Shown here: in pieces, positions 23,811 to 35,539 of the stretch
Numbering within the stretch: the stretch's first letter is position 1
Layout: each line of letters begins with the position of its first letter
NCBI GenBank assembly: GCA_000934665.2
Contig: KZ539010.1
Coordinates: 1-36,977, forward strand
Origin: Catajapyx aquilonaris
Taxonomy: Eukaryota
DNA: 36,977 nt
Direction of reading: 5' to 3'
Translations under genes and position numbers: made by a program
Notes under the pieces: model-generated
Seen by the model: only the letters and a program-made list of their open reading frames with translations
Told to the model about the DNA's origin: nothing
Database searches by the model: none

Positions 23811-24028
23811 CAGTGGTGGATCTATGGGGGGGTGATCGGGGTGATCCCCCCCCCCCCCCCCCCCCCCNNNNNNNNNNNNNNNNNNNNNNNNNNNNNNNNN
23901 NNNNNNNNNNNNNNNNNNNNNNNNNNNNNNNNNNNNNNNNNNNNNNNNNNNNNNNNNNNNNNNNNNNNNNNNNNNNNNNNNNNNNNNNNNCCCCCCCCCC
24001 CCAACAACGACGTCTAGATCCGCCACTG
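23811..24028. mobile_element. Small CAGTGGCGGATC-type MITE spanning an assembly gap
   Basis: CAGTGGTGGATCTA...TAGATCCGCCACTG; 8-bp TSD GCTGTATG / GCTGTTTG; Ns at 23868-23990 between poly-C runs. Confidence 0.75.
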
Positions 24029-24381
24029 GCTGTTTGCCAGATAAAACCGTAGGGTAAAACATACTATTCCACAAAAATGCTGCTGCATGGACTGATTTTG
24101 CACCATATTGAGGAAAGGTGCTTATTTTTCATCTCCCCATTTTCCTCTCTTTCTCACCAGCAAAAGACATCAATAACGTCCTTGATCTGAACATAGCATA
24201 AACCTATCCTGTACAGAAATTTTTTTGGGTCCCGTGTGAAGGAATGAAGTCTTTGAGGTGTGGGAAATATTTCAGTGACAAGTATTTATAAGGCAAAGTT
24301 TGTTTGTTTGTCCACGGCAACGGGTTTTTGTTGGTGATTATTATGGAAACAGGCCGTGCAAAGAACGGGCTCCTCTGCTAG

Positions 24382-24726
24382 TTTATTTATATTTATTTTA
24401 CCCCGTGATAGGCCTACATAGGCCTTTTTGGTAGGTGGTACACCACCATCAATTTTCTTGTACTTTTCCTTCAATTTCCAGTGCAGGGAAACATGACAAT
24501 GGGAGAGGATAGGGATTTTTGGGGAGGGTTCATGGGTGTAAGTGCAAAGTCTCAAGGTTGGGGCATTTGCAATCCCCCAGGAGGTTAGGTTGCCAGACAC
24601 CTCCTTGGTGCAGGTCAGAGACCCTCCCGACGCAGGTGAAAGGAAAGTTCCCCAGGCGGGGATCGAACCTGGGGCCTTTCACTCAGCAAGCCGTGACGTT
24701 ACCATCACGGCCACCACACCTTCCCC
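24382..24726 (-). mobile_element. tRNA-derived SINE, family A
   Basis: Head GGGGAAGGTGTGGTGGCCGTGATGG...GGTTCGATCCC; body as at 11542; tail AGGCCTATCACGGGGTA(AAAT)n. Confidence 0.85.
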
Positions 24727-24732
24727 ATAATT

Positions 24733-24960
24733 CAGTGGTTTCCAACCTTCAACCAACTGCGACCCCCTAAACATGTTTCCATAAATGTGCCCACCCCCCT
24801 TCCTCCCATACCCTGGCCCCTCTACAACTGCCCCCTTTCCAGAAAACATACACTCTGTACTGCAGCAAAAAATTGTTCAATTGACACAGAAATTGCTAAA
24901 AAAAAAAAGTTCAGCCAAGGCTCGCGACCCTGCCTGGGACCCACCGGTTGGAAACCACTG
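24733..24960. mobile_element. hAT MITE; a partial related copy lies at ~4240-4297 on the opposite strand
   Basis: TIR CAGTGGTTTCCAACC; TSD CCATAATT / CCATAACT. Confidence 0.82.
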
Positions 24961-25205
24961 CCATAACTATGTAAATAGACTTTGGAGGAGGACATTGATC
25001 ATGGGGATTGTCTAATGAAAACACCTACCCCACCCCCCACCCCTCCCTTCTGGGGCCAAGCAGATTCCATTCCGCAGGAGAGAGACAAGAGAGGAGGGAA
25101 AGGCTTTTGCACTTTACCACACTAACTACTTTTGCCAAATTTTGGCAACTGGTTACCTAGTTTTACATTATTGCCCACTTCCTCTGATGAATTATGAAAA
25201 CATCA

Positions 25206-25459
25206 GGGCGACACGGTGGCCGAGTGGTTAGCACCGCAGCCTTCCACCTCTAAGGTCCTGAGTTCGATCCCCAGGTCGGATGGAGGATACTTATGTGGAT
25301 AGAGTTTTGATGGGTTCTCTCCGTGTTCGCGTGGGTTTTCTCGGGGATCTCCCGCTTCCTCCCACTATCAAAATCCATCACATTACAGGCAAATGATTAA
25401 AGTCGGGTTTTCAAAAAGATGATCCTCTAAGAGGCTCAAGGGGCCTATCATGGGGTATC

Positions 25460-25537
<78 letters not shown>

Positions 25538-25538
25538 T
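25206..25538 (+). mobile_element. V-domain tRNA SINE (V-SINE superfamily), family C
   Basis: Head GGGCGACACGGTGGCCGAGTGGTTAGCAC...GTTCGATCCC; V-domain GTTCTCTCCGTGTTCGCGTGGGTTTTCTCGGGGATCTCCCGCTTCCTCCCAC; (ATT)n tail; perfect 16-bp TSD AATTATGAAAACATCA. Confidence 0.88.
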
Positions 25539-26082
25539 AATTATGAAAACATCAAGTGTCTGTTTAAAATTTTTTAAAGGTCTGGTTTAAAAGGAGGTAA
25601 TGTGAGCCACCAGGTGCAACAAAAAGGCGGCCCAGGTGTTTGTTGGGCAATTTGGGGGCCGGCCCCCTAGCAAGCAGTATGTTTGAAAATCAGTGAAGAA
25701 AACTGAAGCAATAGGTAGTGCCCTAGACCAGTGTGTGGGGTGATGTCCTGCAATGTCAGAAGAAAAAATTGAGGATATGCAGGGGAGAAGCATGGCATGT
25801 CAAATGGTGGGAGCCTAGGTGCCAGTTGGCCACACCCATTAACTGTTGAGGATGAGCCACATGATGCAGCAACACCTGGTGAGGTATATGTTGCAGGTAT
25901 GATTTGTTGCGAAAGGTATGCTTCCGTATATTTGTTGGAAAACTTCAGATATTTACCTGGTTCAACTACCTAGTGATCACCCTGTATATGGAATTTGTGT
26001 AGTTGTAATACTCAGCAGATTATGAGTAACTATTAATATAATAGACATCTGCAAACATGCTGTTATTTTCTGTGCTTTGCAG

Positions 26083-26593
26083 GTTCCTGGTGATGTGCAT
26101 GAGTGCTGGGTGGGGGTCACTTGGCCAGGTTGGAATGGATGCCCTTGGTAATATAGCTGGGGACGTGGTGCTTAGGAGGAGCGACTGCCCTGTGGATCTA
26201 GGTGTGGAAGAAGACGATATTGCTCTTGAGAGAAAGCGGGAGCGTGAGAAGGCATGCAGGAACGAACAGGAGAAAGAGGAGGGTGTTGGTTCTGCCCTGG
26301 TGTCCCTTGTGCGTCAGGGCCTGTCCTGTCCAGACAGAGGGATTGTGCTGGGTTGCCTGGAGGTGCTGAACCGGTTATGCCAGTCTGAGGAAAATGAGGA
26401 CTTTTTGCTTGATCGCCTCGATGGAGGGGTTTATGCCAATGTGTGTGCATACCTCTCTCTACATGACATCCTTTTGCTTGTATCTACTTTGGAGTGCCTC
26501 TACTCCCTCACCTCACTTGGGGAAAAGGCCTGCAACTCCATCCTCAGGGCACATGGGGCATTGGACACACTCGTGTCACTTGTCACTGTGGAG
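26083..26593 (+). CDS. ARID2: ARID2 internal coding exon C
   Basis: Acceptor tttctgtgctttgcAG ends at 26082; CG|G=Arg is in frame. Motifs GMDALGNIA and LHDILLLVSTLECLYSLTSLG...LDTLVSLVTVE. Donor GTaaag at 26594 (phase 0). Confidence 0.93.
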
Positions 26594-26783
26594 GTAAAGT
26601 TTAATTTATTGCAGGAAATTTTTAGTCTTTATTATGTACTACCATCTGTGAATAGGTAAGGAAACCCCCTAATATTCCCCAAAAGTTCCTTTTTGTGACC
26701 TTGGAATGCGGTGCATGCACACCATCTACACTTGCATGAAGAGTAGGAGTCGTACTAGGTCTTACTGGGTTGAGTCTGGATAC

Positions 26784-27459
26784 CAGAATGGGGAACTAGC
26801 CTTCATTTTGGAAACTACATAATAAATTCGCCCATATTTTTTGGATTTTTTTGGCATATTCCGTTTTAAGATATCAGTTCCCGTTCCGGAGTAATTGGGG
26901 TTTTTATGTAGGGAAATGGTGACGTCACTGTTTCCCTAGAAAATGTTGACGTCACGCGAAGTGAAATGAACGCAAAAATGGTGTTATAGAACGCGCCCCG
27001 TCATTGTTGTAAAATGCTTCGCTGTGGTTAGCAACCGTCCCATTCCGTGAGCAAGATAGCGGCCGGGGCGCGTTTTTACTTCACGCCGCTCAATCAGCTC
27101 AGGGGCTGGCAGGGGTGCCAACTGGCAGGAATCATCTGTCACCCGAATTCGGCACATGAAGGCCCGCTTTTTCCACCTCGATGGCCTACAGCCGCCTTGC
27201 GAATGCTTTCCGTCGTGTCCGCGGTTAATTCAAAGTCAAATTCCTCATATCTCGCAGTCAACCAGGCATTTCCGTGTACCCTTTCGATTGGCAGCGGCGT
27301 TTTTCCCGCCAATTTTGAAGGCGCTTTTAAATGTGCCGTAATTTATCCAGTAATGTCATTTTGATGCAACAGAGTGATGGAATGTATGTTTACAGGCATG
27401 GGCTAGCTAGTTATGAACAAAAATCCCAAATCCCAGACCAAGGCTAGTTCCCCATTGTG
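26784..27459. mobile_element. Transib-like MITE
   Basis: TIR CA(G/C)AATGGGGAACTAGCCTT / AAGGCTAGTTCCCCATTGTG. CACAATG is a Transib-type end, but no matching 5-bp TSD is present. Confidence 0.5.
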
Positions 27460-28275
27460 CAGCACATTCTACTGGGAACCTACGTGGGCAATAGACAAAA
27501 GTACACTATTTCTCATCTTATAGTTACTGACAACTCTCACCATCATTGTTCAATTAACCCATTTGTTCCTGAGGTTGATCTACTGATGATGTTTTAATAA
27601 CATTTTAAGGCATGCGTTAGAAGGTGGAAACTGAGATAGAAAAAAATAGTTCAGCGTAAAATTTTAATTACAATAGAAGTTACAAGGCATCCCATATATG
27701 GACGGTGTTATGCAACTAGGAACCAACCAACAGAAGTATGATTGTCTAGAAAGTGGAGTTAAGTTTAACCTGTCTTTAAAATCAAGGCCTCAGCGTAGAA
27801 CATATCATTACAACTTAAGTGAAGGTGTTTGAGAAATATAAGACCATTCTAGTATGTAACGGTAAACTCCGAAATGAGGATTGGTTCACTTTTGGTTAAT
27901 GCGTAAACCCCTATACAGCCCCCGGACATTTATACTACGTTCTGGTGTTATCACCTGCCGAGGCATTTTGCAGCGGGTGCTCACCTGAGACCGCCATGAG
28001 ACATTTAGGGGGCCACAGTAAGTAGCGACCCTACTGGACTAGGCTGAACTTTATAGGTACGAAAGGGGAGGGCTACAGCGACGTGGGCCTTCTACCAAAC
28101 ATCGAAATTTCCCGAACGGCCCAAGTCAGCGGCCTGCAGTAGTGCCTGCAAAATATGATTTCTTGATGTCCATGTACTGCACAATGCATTAGCAGGTGGT
28201 ATTGACTTCAATATTAGTCTTGGAATGCTGAGGCTACCTCTTGTGTTATCCAGGATTCCATATCCACTTAATGTT

Positions 28276-28484
28276 TTTCCAAAGGGCCCAAGTCAGGCAC
28301 TTAATTTTATTTATGATTAGCACACTGTTCGTCGTATGGTGTTCACATTGCTTCAACGCAACCGTATTTAGATATGGTTCATTGGGTTAAAATCCCAACT
28401 GCCAGGCAGTAATTCTGTTCTTGTGGCATCGTTTTTTCCTTCTCCTGGAAATTTCATGTTGCCGGACTTGGGCCCTTTGGAAAT
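28276..28484. repeat. Short inverted-repeat element
   Basis: TTTCCAAAGGGCCCAAGTCAGGCA versus TGCCGGACTTGGGCCCTTTGGAAA. Confidence 0.6.
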
Positions 28485-28932
28485 TCATGTGTTCAATTAC
28501 TTGAATGGATATCAAAAGTATTAGCGGATTGTAGGACACCATTGTTTCCCTTGCTGCCATTCGCCACTCATAAGGGCCAACAATGTAAATATTGAATGGT
28601 GGCTTGACACAACCTTTTTTGCAATATCATCATTCATGTTAAAGTTATTAAAGAAATGCTTGGTAAAGTAGCGAATGGGACACACACTATAACCACACCA
28701 AAATTATTACAAATACCCTTAATTATTCAAACTCGAGCTGTGTTGAAACTTTAGAACACTCGCTACCAATGCACATAACTGGCATCACAAAAACACAACT
28801 GGGCTAATAAGTGTCTTTCAAATCATGTGTTTCATAGAAATATGGCATAACTGTGGAGTTATGAGGGATAATGTGGATGACTTTACAAGATCTCTTAACT
28901 GATCAAAGGATATTACCTGGTGAAGAAATTAT

Positions 28933-29717
28933 CCCCTTGAGCCCCAGCCTCCTAGAATCTATGCGCTGAGAACTCGACCGCCAGTTACCAGCTATACCCG
29001 CCACCGCCTAGTTTTCCACTTACTCATGCGCTGAAGATATGAACAGGATATTGTACAAATAATAACAGCTCTACTTACCCGTTGGAGGAAAACGTTATGA
29101 ATGTGTTGGAAACCATTTCCCTCCCATACAAGTCCCTAAATTAATTTCCAAAAAGATCGCCGTAAAAACCCGAAATTCGAGTACTACCAGCCAACTGTTA
29201 GGCTGATTTAATTATGTCATACGTTAAAATATACGGAATAACAATTTTGAGAAGGGTGCCAAATGGATTTGCTGAAATTGTCATACTTTTCAAGAAACGA
29301 GTAAATTTGTGAGTAATCCGAAGTGACAGACAGGCAAGTCGCAGAAAAGTATTAATTTATTTCTCGGAAAGTACAACGATTTCAACAAAGTCTTCTGGCA
29401 TGGTTCTCAAGATTGTTGTTCCGTATATTTTAATGTATTTCATAATTAAATCACCGTAACACCTGGCCGGTAGTACTCGGATATTCATATTTTACGGGGA
29501 TCTTTTTGGATATTAATTTATGGACTTCTATAGAAGTAAAATTGTTTCCAAAACATGCATTGTGTAGACCATGAATGTAAAAGTGTAGCTATTATTATTT
29601 GTAAAATACCTTGTCCGTATGCAAGTGGAAAGGAAGCAAAAAGAATCTCGATGATGGAGGTATAGCTGGTACCTGGCGGTCGAGTTCTCAGCTCCTAGGC
29701 GGCTGGGGCTGAAGAGG
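28933..29717. mobile_element. piggyBac-like palindromic MITE
   Basis: TTAT|CCCCTTGAGCCCCAGCC...GCTGAGAACTCGACCGCCAG versus CTGGCGGTCGAGTTCTCAGC...GGCTGGGGCTGAAGAGG|TTAA; diverged long internal arms. Confidence 0.75.
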
Positions 29718-31107
29718 TTAATGGAACATCTGTTTTACTTTTACTTACTTTGTATGCAAAATTTTTGGGTACAAAAGGTACCGGATCGGTCAAGAAGGTT
29801 CAGACAATTTTGCATTTAAGTGAAATTTAATATTGTCTCAATTTTTAAAAGTATGTCTTCTGGAAAAGTGAATACTAGAGGTGAAAAATTGCTCAATAAG
29901 CTGAAATACACAGGAAGGTGGTGAAGAATGGTGGTAATAAGTTTGGGAATCTCTAGGGAGCATATTTTTGGGGGGGACTAAGACATTTGTGGAAAATGTG
30001 CACATTCACGTCAATGAAAAAAAAAAGAAAGCCAGAATGGCAAAAGAGTGACAATCAACTGAGATACAGGGGAACCATTGGCTAGGTGCACAAGAGGTAG
30101 GACTGCAAACAGGGTTCGAAATAAGCCATCGCCAGTCATGACTTAAAATAATTATCAATTGGCTCTCGAAGTAAGATATCTAGTGGCTACTTTTGGCGAC
30201 GAGCTTTTCCTCCCAAAATTGCATTTCTGTCAATAATAGAATACCTAGTAGAATATAATAGTTTTATTTCCTTCAGGCTTTTCACATCTGGAAAGAGAGA
30301 CACACCACTTTTTACCTCATCCAACCACAAAATAATATCACATCGCTGGAGTTTTTTCACTATTTGACTGAAAAAATAGTAAAATTATTGCTAAGATTCT
30401 GGTCACATTTTCAATTTGTTTCGTGCTGAAGCTCTTGCTGACTCTGCGGTGTTTGTGGCGTCCAATTCAATTAATATTTAAAATGTGGCATAATATGTTT
30501 AAAACAAGAATGGGGATGAGACATTCAGTTTTGGTGACCTCACCTTGGTTTCAGATGCCACATGGCAACCTGCTTATGTGCCTCATGTGTCACTCATATC
30601 TCGGAAACGGCTGAACACTGCTATTTAGGACTTTCACCACTGTGTTTATGGCACATGATTGACCCCTCATGCAAGTTTCAGCCAAATCGGAGGCTACCAC
30701 CCTTCATTCCCTTGTCAGTGTCAAACACTGACTGCAAAGTTAGATGCATGGTGAGTGTAGTAGACGATCTACCTTCACTGGTGCAACATGGCCCCAATCA
30801 ATACTTTTGCAAGAAAAAGAGATGCAATGGAAAATATTTTGAGTGGCCCAATAGCTGGTTAATTTCTGCTACCACTTGCCATTCAGGATTACCTCATGTG
30901 GAAGGGGTTACGAGAGATTCTGTCTGTGTATGCAAGAATTTTCTGAAATAAGTTACTTCTCATTTCTTCCCACTGCCCAAAAACTTATTTTCCTCTCACC
31001 CTCTGCTACGTTGGATAGCCTGTAATAAACCAAACCATTCAATATGACCTAAGTACCTCAACACCAGAGTACTAGAATTACCTGGGTTCCTTTGCAATTA
31101 TTTTCAG

Positions 31108-31694
31108 GCTCAAAGCTATGGCCCAAAAGCATGCATATTAATGCGTGTTGTGGAGACAGTCGGTGGAGGGCAGCCGCAGCTGGCGCCGTCTGGTGCCAGC
31201 ACTAACTCAGCATTGACATCGTCAGCACCAACACCTGTTGCCACGCACCAGCATCATGTTGACAACAATGCCCAGTTGAAACCAGCGGCTGTCCCACCTG
31301 CCACTTCCCCAGTCAAAGCTACTGCAGTAATTAGCAGGACCTCCTCCCCAGGACCACCCCCACAGCCCTTGCAGCCAACCATGCAGCAACAGTCACAGCA
31401 GCAACAACAGCAATCTCAGCAACCACGGCCGCTTCCAGTGTCACCAACCCGCCCTCTCTCAGCAAAAGTTGCAACTAAGGAAGCAGAGAATGCTGAGCAG
31501 ACATGGACACTGAGTTGGTTGGAACAAGCAGTGGAGTCATGTGATTCTAGTGAGAGTGCAGGAGGAGCACCAGGAGGAGCAGGAACTATCGTGAAGGGTG
31601 TAGAAGAGGGAGAGCTGTTCAGGAAGTACCTGCAGGCGTGCAGTGCAGCAGGCAGTAGGTCACTGCCGCTTGACAATTTTTCGCAATGCATCAG
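31108..31694 (+). CDS. ARID2: ARID2 internal coding exon D (Pro/Gln-rich linker and start of RFX-type winged helix)
   Basis: Acceptor attattttcAG ends at 31107. Reads AQSYGPKACILMRVVETV (arthropod Bap170-like), a low-complexity linker, then WLEQAVE...ELFRKYLQACS...NFSQCIR. Donor GTgagc at 31695 (phase 2). Confidence 0.9.
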
Positions 31695-31708
31695 GTGAGC
31701 CTTGTGGA

Positions 31709-32476
31709 CATAAGGTGCGAAATTCCTAGGAAAGTGCCAGGGTTTATAGGTTTTCCAGGTTTTGTCACCTGTCCGAACAGGAAAGTACGAACTCGGAAAG
31801 TCTGCCCCAAGTTGGAAAAGATTCCAAATTTGAAAAAGTACGGATCTCACTCCAACATGGAAAGCAGGGTCACGTAACTGGGCGCATGCCACGGTTCCCT
31901 CCCCTCAACTCCCCCCTACCCTGCTGCTCTTTTTTCCCCTCTCGTTGTTGGGTTGCCCGATTCATCTTTTTTTAGTCTCCGGTGGCGCCATCCGATGGTG
32001 CACACCAGTAGTACTAACCTGGCTCGTGAGGACGACTGCCATTGGGAAGTTGGAAATTACTTGGAATCTACTTTTAGTGAAATCTACTTTTAGTGAAATC
32101 ACCGAAGCAGTAGTGGTGTAGTGGTATGGTGTCCGACTGCTAATCGGGAGGTCCTGGGTTCGAATCCCGGAGGCCGGCGACCCTGACCATGGTTTTCTGT
32201 GGTTTCCCATGGTCCTTGCAGGATAATTCCGGGGTCGTTACCGTAATATAGGCCACAGCCGCCTCCTTCCTTCCCTTTCCCTGCTTCATTCCGGTGATGA
32301 GAAAAATAGTAAAAATGGAAAGAGTTCCAGACAAAAAATTGGGAGAAATCCCCCCCTAGGAAAGCCCGTAGGCTGATAATGGGGTATCAAATTATTATTA
32401 TTATTATACTTTTAGTGAAATCTACTTTTAGTGAAATCTACTTTCTGGGCACTTTCCTAGGAATTTCATGCCCATG
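31709..32476. mobile_element. Unclassified MITE with CAT...ATG ends, starting 15 nt into the intron after exon D
   Basis: CATAAGGTGCGAAATTCCTAGGAAAGTGCC versus GGCACTTTCCTAGGAATTTCATGCCCATG; contains a 16-bp tandem repeat and a SINE. Confidence 0.65.
32101..32406 (+). mobile_element. tRNA-derived SINE, family B, full length
   Basis: A box TGGTGTAGTGG, B box GGTTCGAATCC, core, stem-loop tail and (ATT)n; TSD TACTTTTAGTGAAATC. Confidence 0.88.
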
Positions 32477-33354
32477 TGAACGTACCTATTGATCTAGCCC
32501 AGAAGTTCCCAAACTTTTTGAGTCATGGAGCACTTTTCAGGAGAGAAATTAGTAACGAAACACTTTTGTCTCCCATGCGTTGTGTCAAAGTGACTGTGTG
32601 AAGGGACAGTCCGAAAGAACCCGGCTCTCTGAATGGCTCCTTGTGTCTTCCCGCGGACTCGCTGCCCACCACACCACCACCCCCTCACCAAAACCCAACC
32701 CCCATCTGTCACCACTGTCTCCACAGTCTCCACAAAAACCTATCCCTTCACCTTCTCACCATGTGACGGGGGCAGGGGTGATGTGCAGGGAGCGTCAGGG
32801 GGTGCTCAGGACATCGAAGAGCAGACCTCGGTCTGAAAAGGGTGTCTGATTCCTTTGACTAGGAGAGAGTCGAAGTGGAACCACATGGACTCTGTTAAAC
32901 CAGGGAGCATATCCTTCTGAGACCTGAGAAGAATTTTTAAACGCAATACCAGTTCCTATTGCATTTTCTGAACATTTACCCAATAAGAAAGGAGAAAAAA
33001 AAATTAGTTTTAAAATATTGACAAAAATGGTGACAAACAACCAATGAGAACATTAGGACCCAATTGGTGCTACAAAAGCAGAACGGATGAAAGCTGATAA
33101 GTTAAATACCACTTAATGGATCACTAACATGGTGCTCTATCCTCAAAACAATGTTTTTAAAATTCATTTGTGGAATTTGTGGTAGCAATTCCTCTCAGAA
33201 GACAATTAAAGATAAATGAAATTATTATTGAAGGCCACCACTCCAGGGATGGGGGTTGCTCCTTCCCTTCTTACCCGCTAAAGTGGTACCTTGCTATTCT
33301 AGATTTTAAAACTGAACTCCACAGTGAAAAGCGCACTTCCTTATGGGCGTATAG

Positions 33355-34346
33355 TAGGGCGGCTCGAAAAACACTTTTTTTCGAAAGTTGTAGTTCGCTA
33401 GTGAAAAAAAGTTGTGTTGGGCGATCCTTTTAACAGGTAAAAAATCTGAGTCATGTGGGTTAATATCCTACGGCTCCGCCAGGGGCGTAAGTGACGCAAC
33501 TTCCGGTTTTTCGTTTTTTGGTGTGCGAGTACACTTACCCGGCCTAGACATGAAAAGTTGTGGCCCATTGGGGGTGAAATGTCGTTATTTTTGTGATATC
33601 TTGCACCGTTGACGAGATATTGACCAAAACCCCAGGTTCAAAAATTACACCGTTCTGCAAAAAAACACTCTCTTTCGCTCTTTTGAAAACTTTTATTTGC
33701 TTTTTATGGGTTTTGGGGTGCTGAATCCGAATCCGGCAACAGATTTGCTCTATCACGTACAGTCTTTCAGATATATCGTTTTAAAACTTTGGACGGTTTA
33801 CTAGGGGTCTTTCCGAATCAAGTGGGTCTAAATGTTGCTAGACCGCCTTGGATCTTGGTGAAAATAATCACAGATGTACTCATCTATTCCCTAACGCTTC
33901 CTATAAAAATTCTGCCATATTGCTCAATACTATGATGAGGGGAAAAATCGCAAACATCTGGAAATGGCTGAGAATGAGGCCTTTTTTGGAGATTTTTTTT
34001 TCGGTTAGTGCAAGTGGTCAAACCCCAATTAACATATATATCAAAAGAAAGGGAAACACCAGGACAATGCGCCTATGGAATTAGTATTCCTCTAAAATGT
34101 AATGTAAAAATAAATTTTTATAGCATTTCATTTGTCACTTGCACAGTCACGTGCCCAAAATATATGGTGACCTCAAATGTTCTGCAGAAAAATCATATTT
34201 TGGATAAAGGTAGATGGACTATATAGATTAAGGTGTGCTGAATCCAGATCTGAAGTCAGAATGGCTCTATCACGTACATATTTTGAGAAAACGCAACTAC
34301 TAGCGAACTACAACTTTCGAAAAAAAGTGTTTTTCGAGCCGCCCTA
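33355..34346. mobile_element. hAT-type (TAGGG termini) non-autonomous element, young
   Basis: Perfect 48-bp TIR TAGGGCGGCTCGAAAAACACTTTTTTTCGAAAGTTGTAGTTCGCTAGT; perfect 8-bp TSD GCGTATAG. Confidence 0.9.
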
Positions 34347-34794
34347 GCGTATAGGTACAGGCACTTAAAGAAAAGTCACACCCATTCAGCTAAAAATGCC
34401 ATATTTCGGATGTCCATTTAAATGGGCATTTGGTCTCAGGAAAAAAAGAAAATTACCAGTTCTCTACAGCAACAACGATTGTAAGAGGCACATCTTTTCG
34501 CATTTCCTAATACACATTCCTTGCGAATCCCAGGACATTCACTGCATTGCGAAAATCACATTCTAAACATGAGTAAAAAAATAAAACTGATCAGATGAGC
34601 GACTAGCTTCAGCAGCGGAATCCGCCATTTTATCCGCGATTTAATTTTCGCGGCCCAAGTCAGATAATCGACGCTAGGTGGCTACACCTATTGAGGCCAG
34701 ATTGTAAGCACGGGATACCAACATATTACAGTTCTGTTGGCATAACTAGTTGGCTCCAAAAAAATCTTTTGCTGATGTTGACATATGTCGACAC

Positions 34795-35290
34795 CAGGTC
34801 TCAGGAGGATATACTACATAAGAGGTGCAAACATTCGATTTGCGCGTCTCTCTGTTTGGGGCGTTGCCAAGGCTGGCGGCCATTTTGAAGTGGGGGCAAC
34901 GCCAACGAGGTATAAATAGGGTACCGGCAAGCCGTAAAGGTCTTCCATCTTTGATGGTTTTGGCGGCCATGGCACTTCACGGCAAGAACACGTGCGAATT
35001 GGAAATTTTTTGCCGTATGAGCTCCTTGCACTTTTCTATGTATTAATTCCGTAAGTACGGCAAAAATATTAAAATTCACGCATGTTCTTGCCGTGTATTG
35101 CCATGGCAGTCAAAACCATCAAAGGTGGCGGACCTAGACGGCCTGCCTGTCCCCTATTTATACCTCATTGGCGTTGCCCCCGCTCCAAAATGGCCGCCAG
35201 ACTTGGCAACGGCCCCAAACAAGGAGACGCGAACATGAAAGGCGCCGACAGAAGTTTATGCCTCTTATGTAGTATATATGCTCCCTGGTT
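34795..35290. mobile_element. ~500-bp imperfect palindromic element, unclassified
   Basis: ATATACTACATAAGAGG...CACGGCAAGAACACG mirrors GCATGTTCTTGCCGTG...CCTCTTATGTAGTATAT. Confidence 0.75.
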
Positions 35291-35539
35291 AAACTCTGAC
35301 ACAAATTATTACCTGAAGGCGTGTACCTTCCTCTGCATATGAAAAATGCATAAGGCGGAAATCCGAAATTTTAAAAATTGCATAGCAATTGCTTGATGGT
35401 CAACAATGTAAAACGTCACCTTTGGGTGTGTATGCTGTTAGTTAAGTGTGACTAAAATTTTCATGATATGGGCTATAACTATACTTTTTCTCCCTCACAT
35501 ACTTTTATCACTCAAAAAGGTGGAGACAATGTTGCGTTT

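Noticed and set aside
23846..24002. Poly-Gly/Pro ORFs and G-quadruplex candidates here and at 10280-10345 and 14589-14606
   Set aside because: Homopolymer runs adjoining Ns are assembly-gap features, so their lengths are unreliable.
27557..28386. piggyBac-like element bounded by TTAACCCA...TGGGTTAA
   Set aside because: The inverted match is only about 4 bp beyond TTAA, too weak to call.
32069..32438. CRISPR-like array
   Set aside because: The 16-bp repeats are directly tandem with no unique spacers, in a eukaryotic intron with no cas genes.
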